A DNA stretch of 64,000 bases, from assembly GCA_965649825.1 (NCBI GenBank), contig OZ287694.1, positions 495,197-559,196 of the forward strand, read 5' to 3'. The position numbers and the translations under genes are program-made. Origin of the DNA: Penicillus capitatus (taxonomy: Eukaryota > Plantae > Chlorophyta). The number at the start of each line of letters is the position of its first letter. Position 1 is the stretch's first letter. The notes under the pieces are model-generated. The model made no database searches, was not told the DNA's origin, and saw only the letters and a program-made list of their open reading frames with translations. Positions 62,701 to 64,000 of this stretch are shown here, one piece after another.

Positions 62701-64000
62701 CTTAGTCGAAGATGGAATTGAGGTGACTGGCGGTCGCTTCACATGAGGCAGCAAACAATCTCTGCCAACTGGCAACCTTTTCGGTCGATGGATGTGAGTG
62801 GTCTCTGATTAACTTGGCAGTTCGGCAGAAGAACAAAGAGATCCTCGTTGTCGAACTGCCATTAGACAAGATGTGCTGTCAGGTCATGGATACTGGAACC
62901 AAGGGGTAAAGAAGATGACATGGACATCTCATGCAAAGATGCAGCGAACAGCTGGGTGATACTCATGACAGTCGAATACGAATTAACACGATCCATTGTG
63001 TCACAGATGAATACCGTCACAGGAAGATGCTCTGGCATCACGTGCGGCTGGCGCCATTTCTGCCAGACGACACTGGTATTCAGCATCCTAATAGAGGTTT
63101 TAGCAACGCTTTGTCTCCACTAGGAGATAACTGACGAGGGCCTTTCGATGGTTAGCAGCGTATGTGGCTGTATAGAATCGCAGTCGTGGCGATGCGTAGC
63201 AAACCGTCGTACGAATAAATCGTCTGGTGACCATTGATTCGTGTCTTTTGTGTTCGTCTGCTTTGTTCCTCTCCGACTGAGCTCCAAACCACTGCGACTT
63301 GTGTGCGGACCACCTTCCCGTTGTTCGTGCGTTGGTTCGGCGATGCAGTACACGTCCTTCAGACCGATCGCGGAAGGCGGAGCAGAACGCAGTCGGAGGT
63401 TTGTCGACGGAGGTCGTCTGTTGTTTTCCGCAGTGATCCGACCCGCCCGGAGAGAACGACGACGAGCAGTGGAACCACGAGCGCGGAGGACGACGTGTAC
63501 TGCGAAGTTTGCGTCCGAAGAAAAGCAAACTCCTAACCGACGCGTTAGAAACCGAGGGGTCGTGCGTCGACTTTCCATGCAAGTAGGCTCTCCTTCGACC
63601 GCGCATCGTCTAAGCACGTTTGTTTCTTCAAGGAGGCTCTGAGGCTCGTTGATTCCCGAGCGACTGCGATACCGCCCAACGAACAACGTGAAAAGGGTAC
63701 CATCACCGCGCACAACATCCTCAGGCGAAAAGGGCACCATTACAGTTTCCCTGCCAGCGGCGCCCTCGGGAAATCCACGTGAGCCGAGTTAGCCATCGCA
63801 CCCAGGGGTCAACGCATGGTTGTGTGTTTCAGATGCAGCTGTCACCCGGTGGTGGCACCTGGCCGAGGCAGCTCTGCGGTGGGATAAGCGGAGTATGCGT
63901 GGACGTGGCGTCGTTCTGAAGCGCTGGGCCCGGTCCAAGCCCCTCGCGTTCGGATCTGTCGCCGGTACCTTGAAGGATGCTGGCTTTGGAGGCCCCCACT
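59732..64000. repeat. Direct segmental duplicate of 6181-10461 (CCD gene + repeat R copy 4, truncated by window end)
   Basis: Continuous homology from the CCD 3' flank through the gene and upstream region into repeat R. Offset is about 53,540. Confidence 0.92.
59993..62380 (-). CDS. Carotenoid cleavage dioxygenase (RPE65/CCD family, ACO-like), copy 2
   Basis: Same exon structure as copy 1. Ends EHTIGHGFHGTWSDKYYGP*. Confidence 0.9.

Overview
Eukaryotic nuclear DNA in the standard genetic code, with many short (about 45-62 nt) GT-AG introns and one conserved GC-AG intron. A green alga is most likely, given an SnRK2-type kinase domain, plastid-targeted carotenoid cleavage dioxygenases and PMP-like multi-TM receptors. 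A siphonous/ulvophyte lineage is plausible but cannot be shown from sequence alone. The window is a patchwork of segmental duplications. (i) Two inverted copies of an intact spliced gene fusing an MLKL-NTD/UND-like helical bundle, a U-box and an SnRK2-derived pseudokinase. (ii) Two CCD/ACO-like genes whose first Fe-ligand His position reads Asp. (iii) Two large intact PMP-like beta-helix/Cys-rich/multi-TM receptor genes, one with about 37 combinatorially shuffled 25/26-aa modules, plus a truncated pseudogene and a relic. (iv) Five members of an acidic secreted-protein family. (v) A 7,197-bp tandem duplication with a chimeric junction repeat. (vi) A duplicated 238-bp invariant structured element with Pol III A/B boxes. 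(vii) A four-copy dispersed repeat containing an element with imperfect terminal inverted repeats. Family assignments come from motif recognition by eye; no database searches were run.
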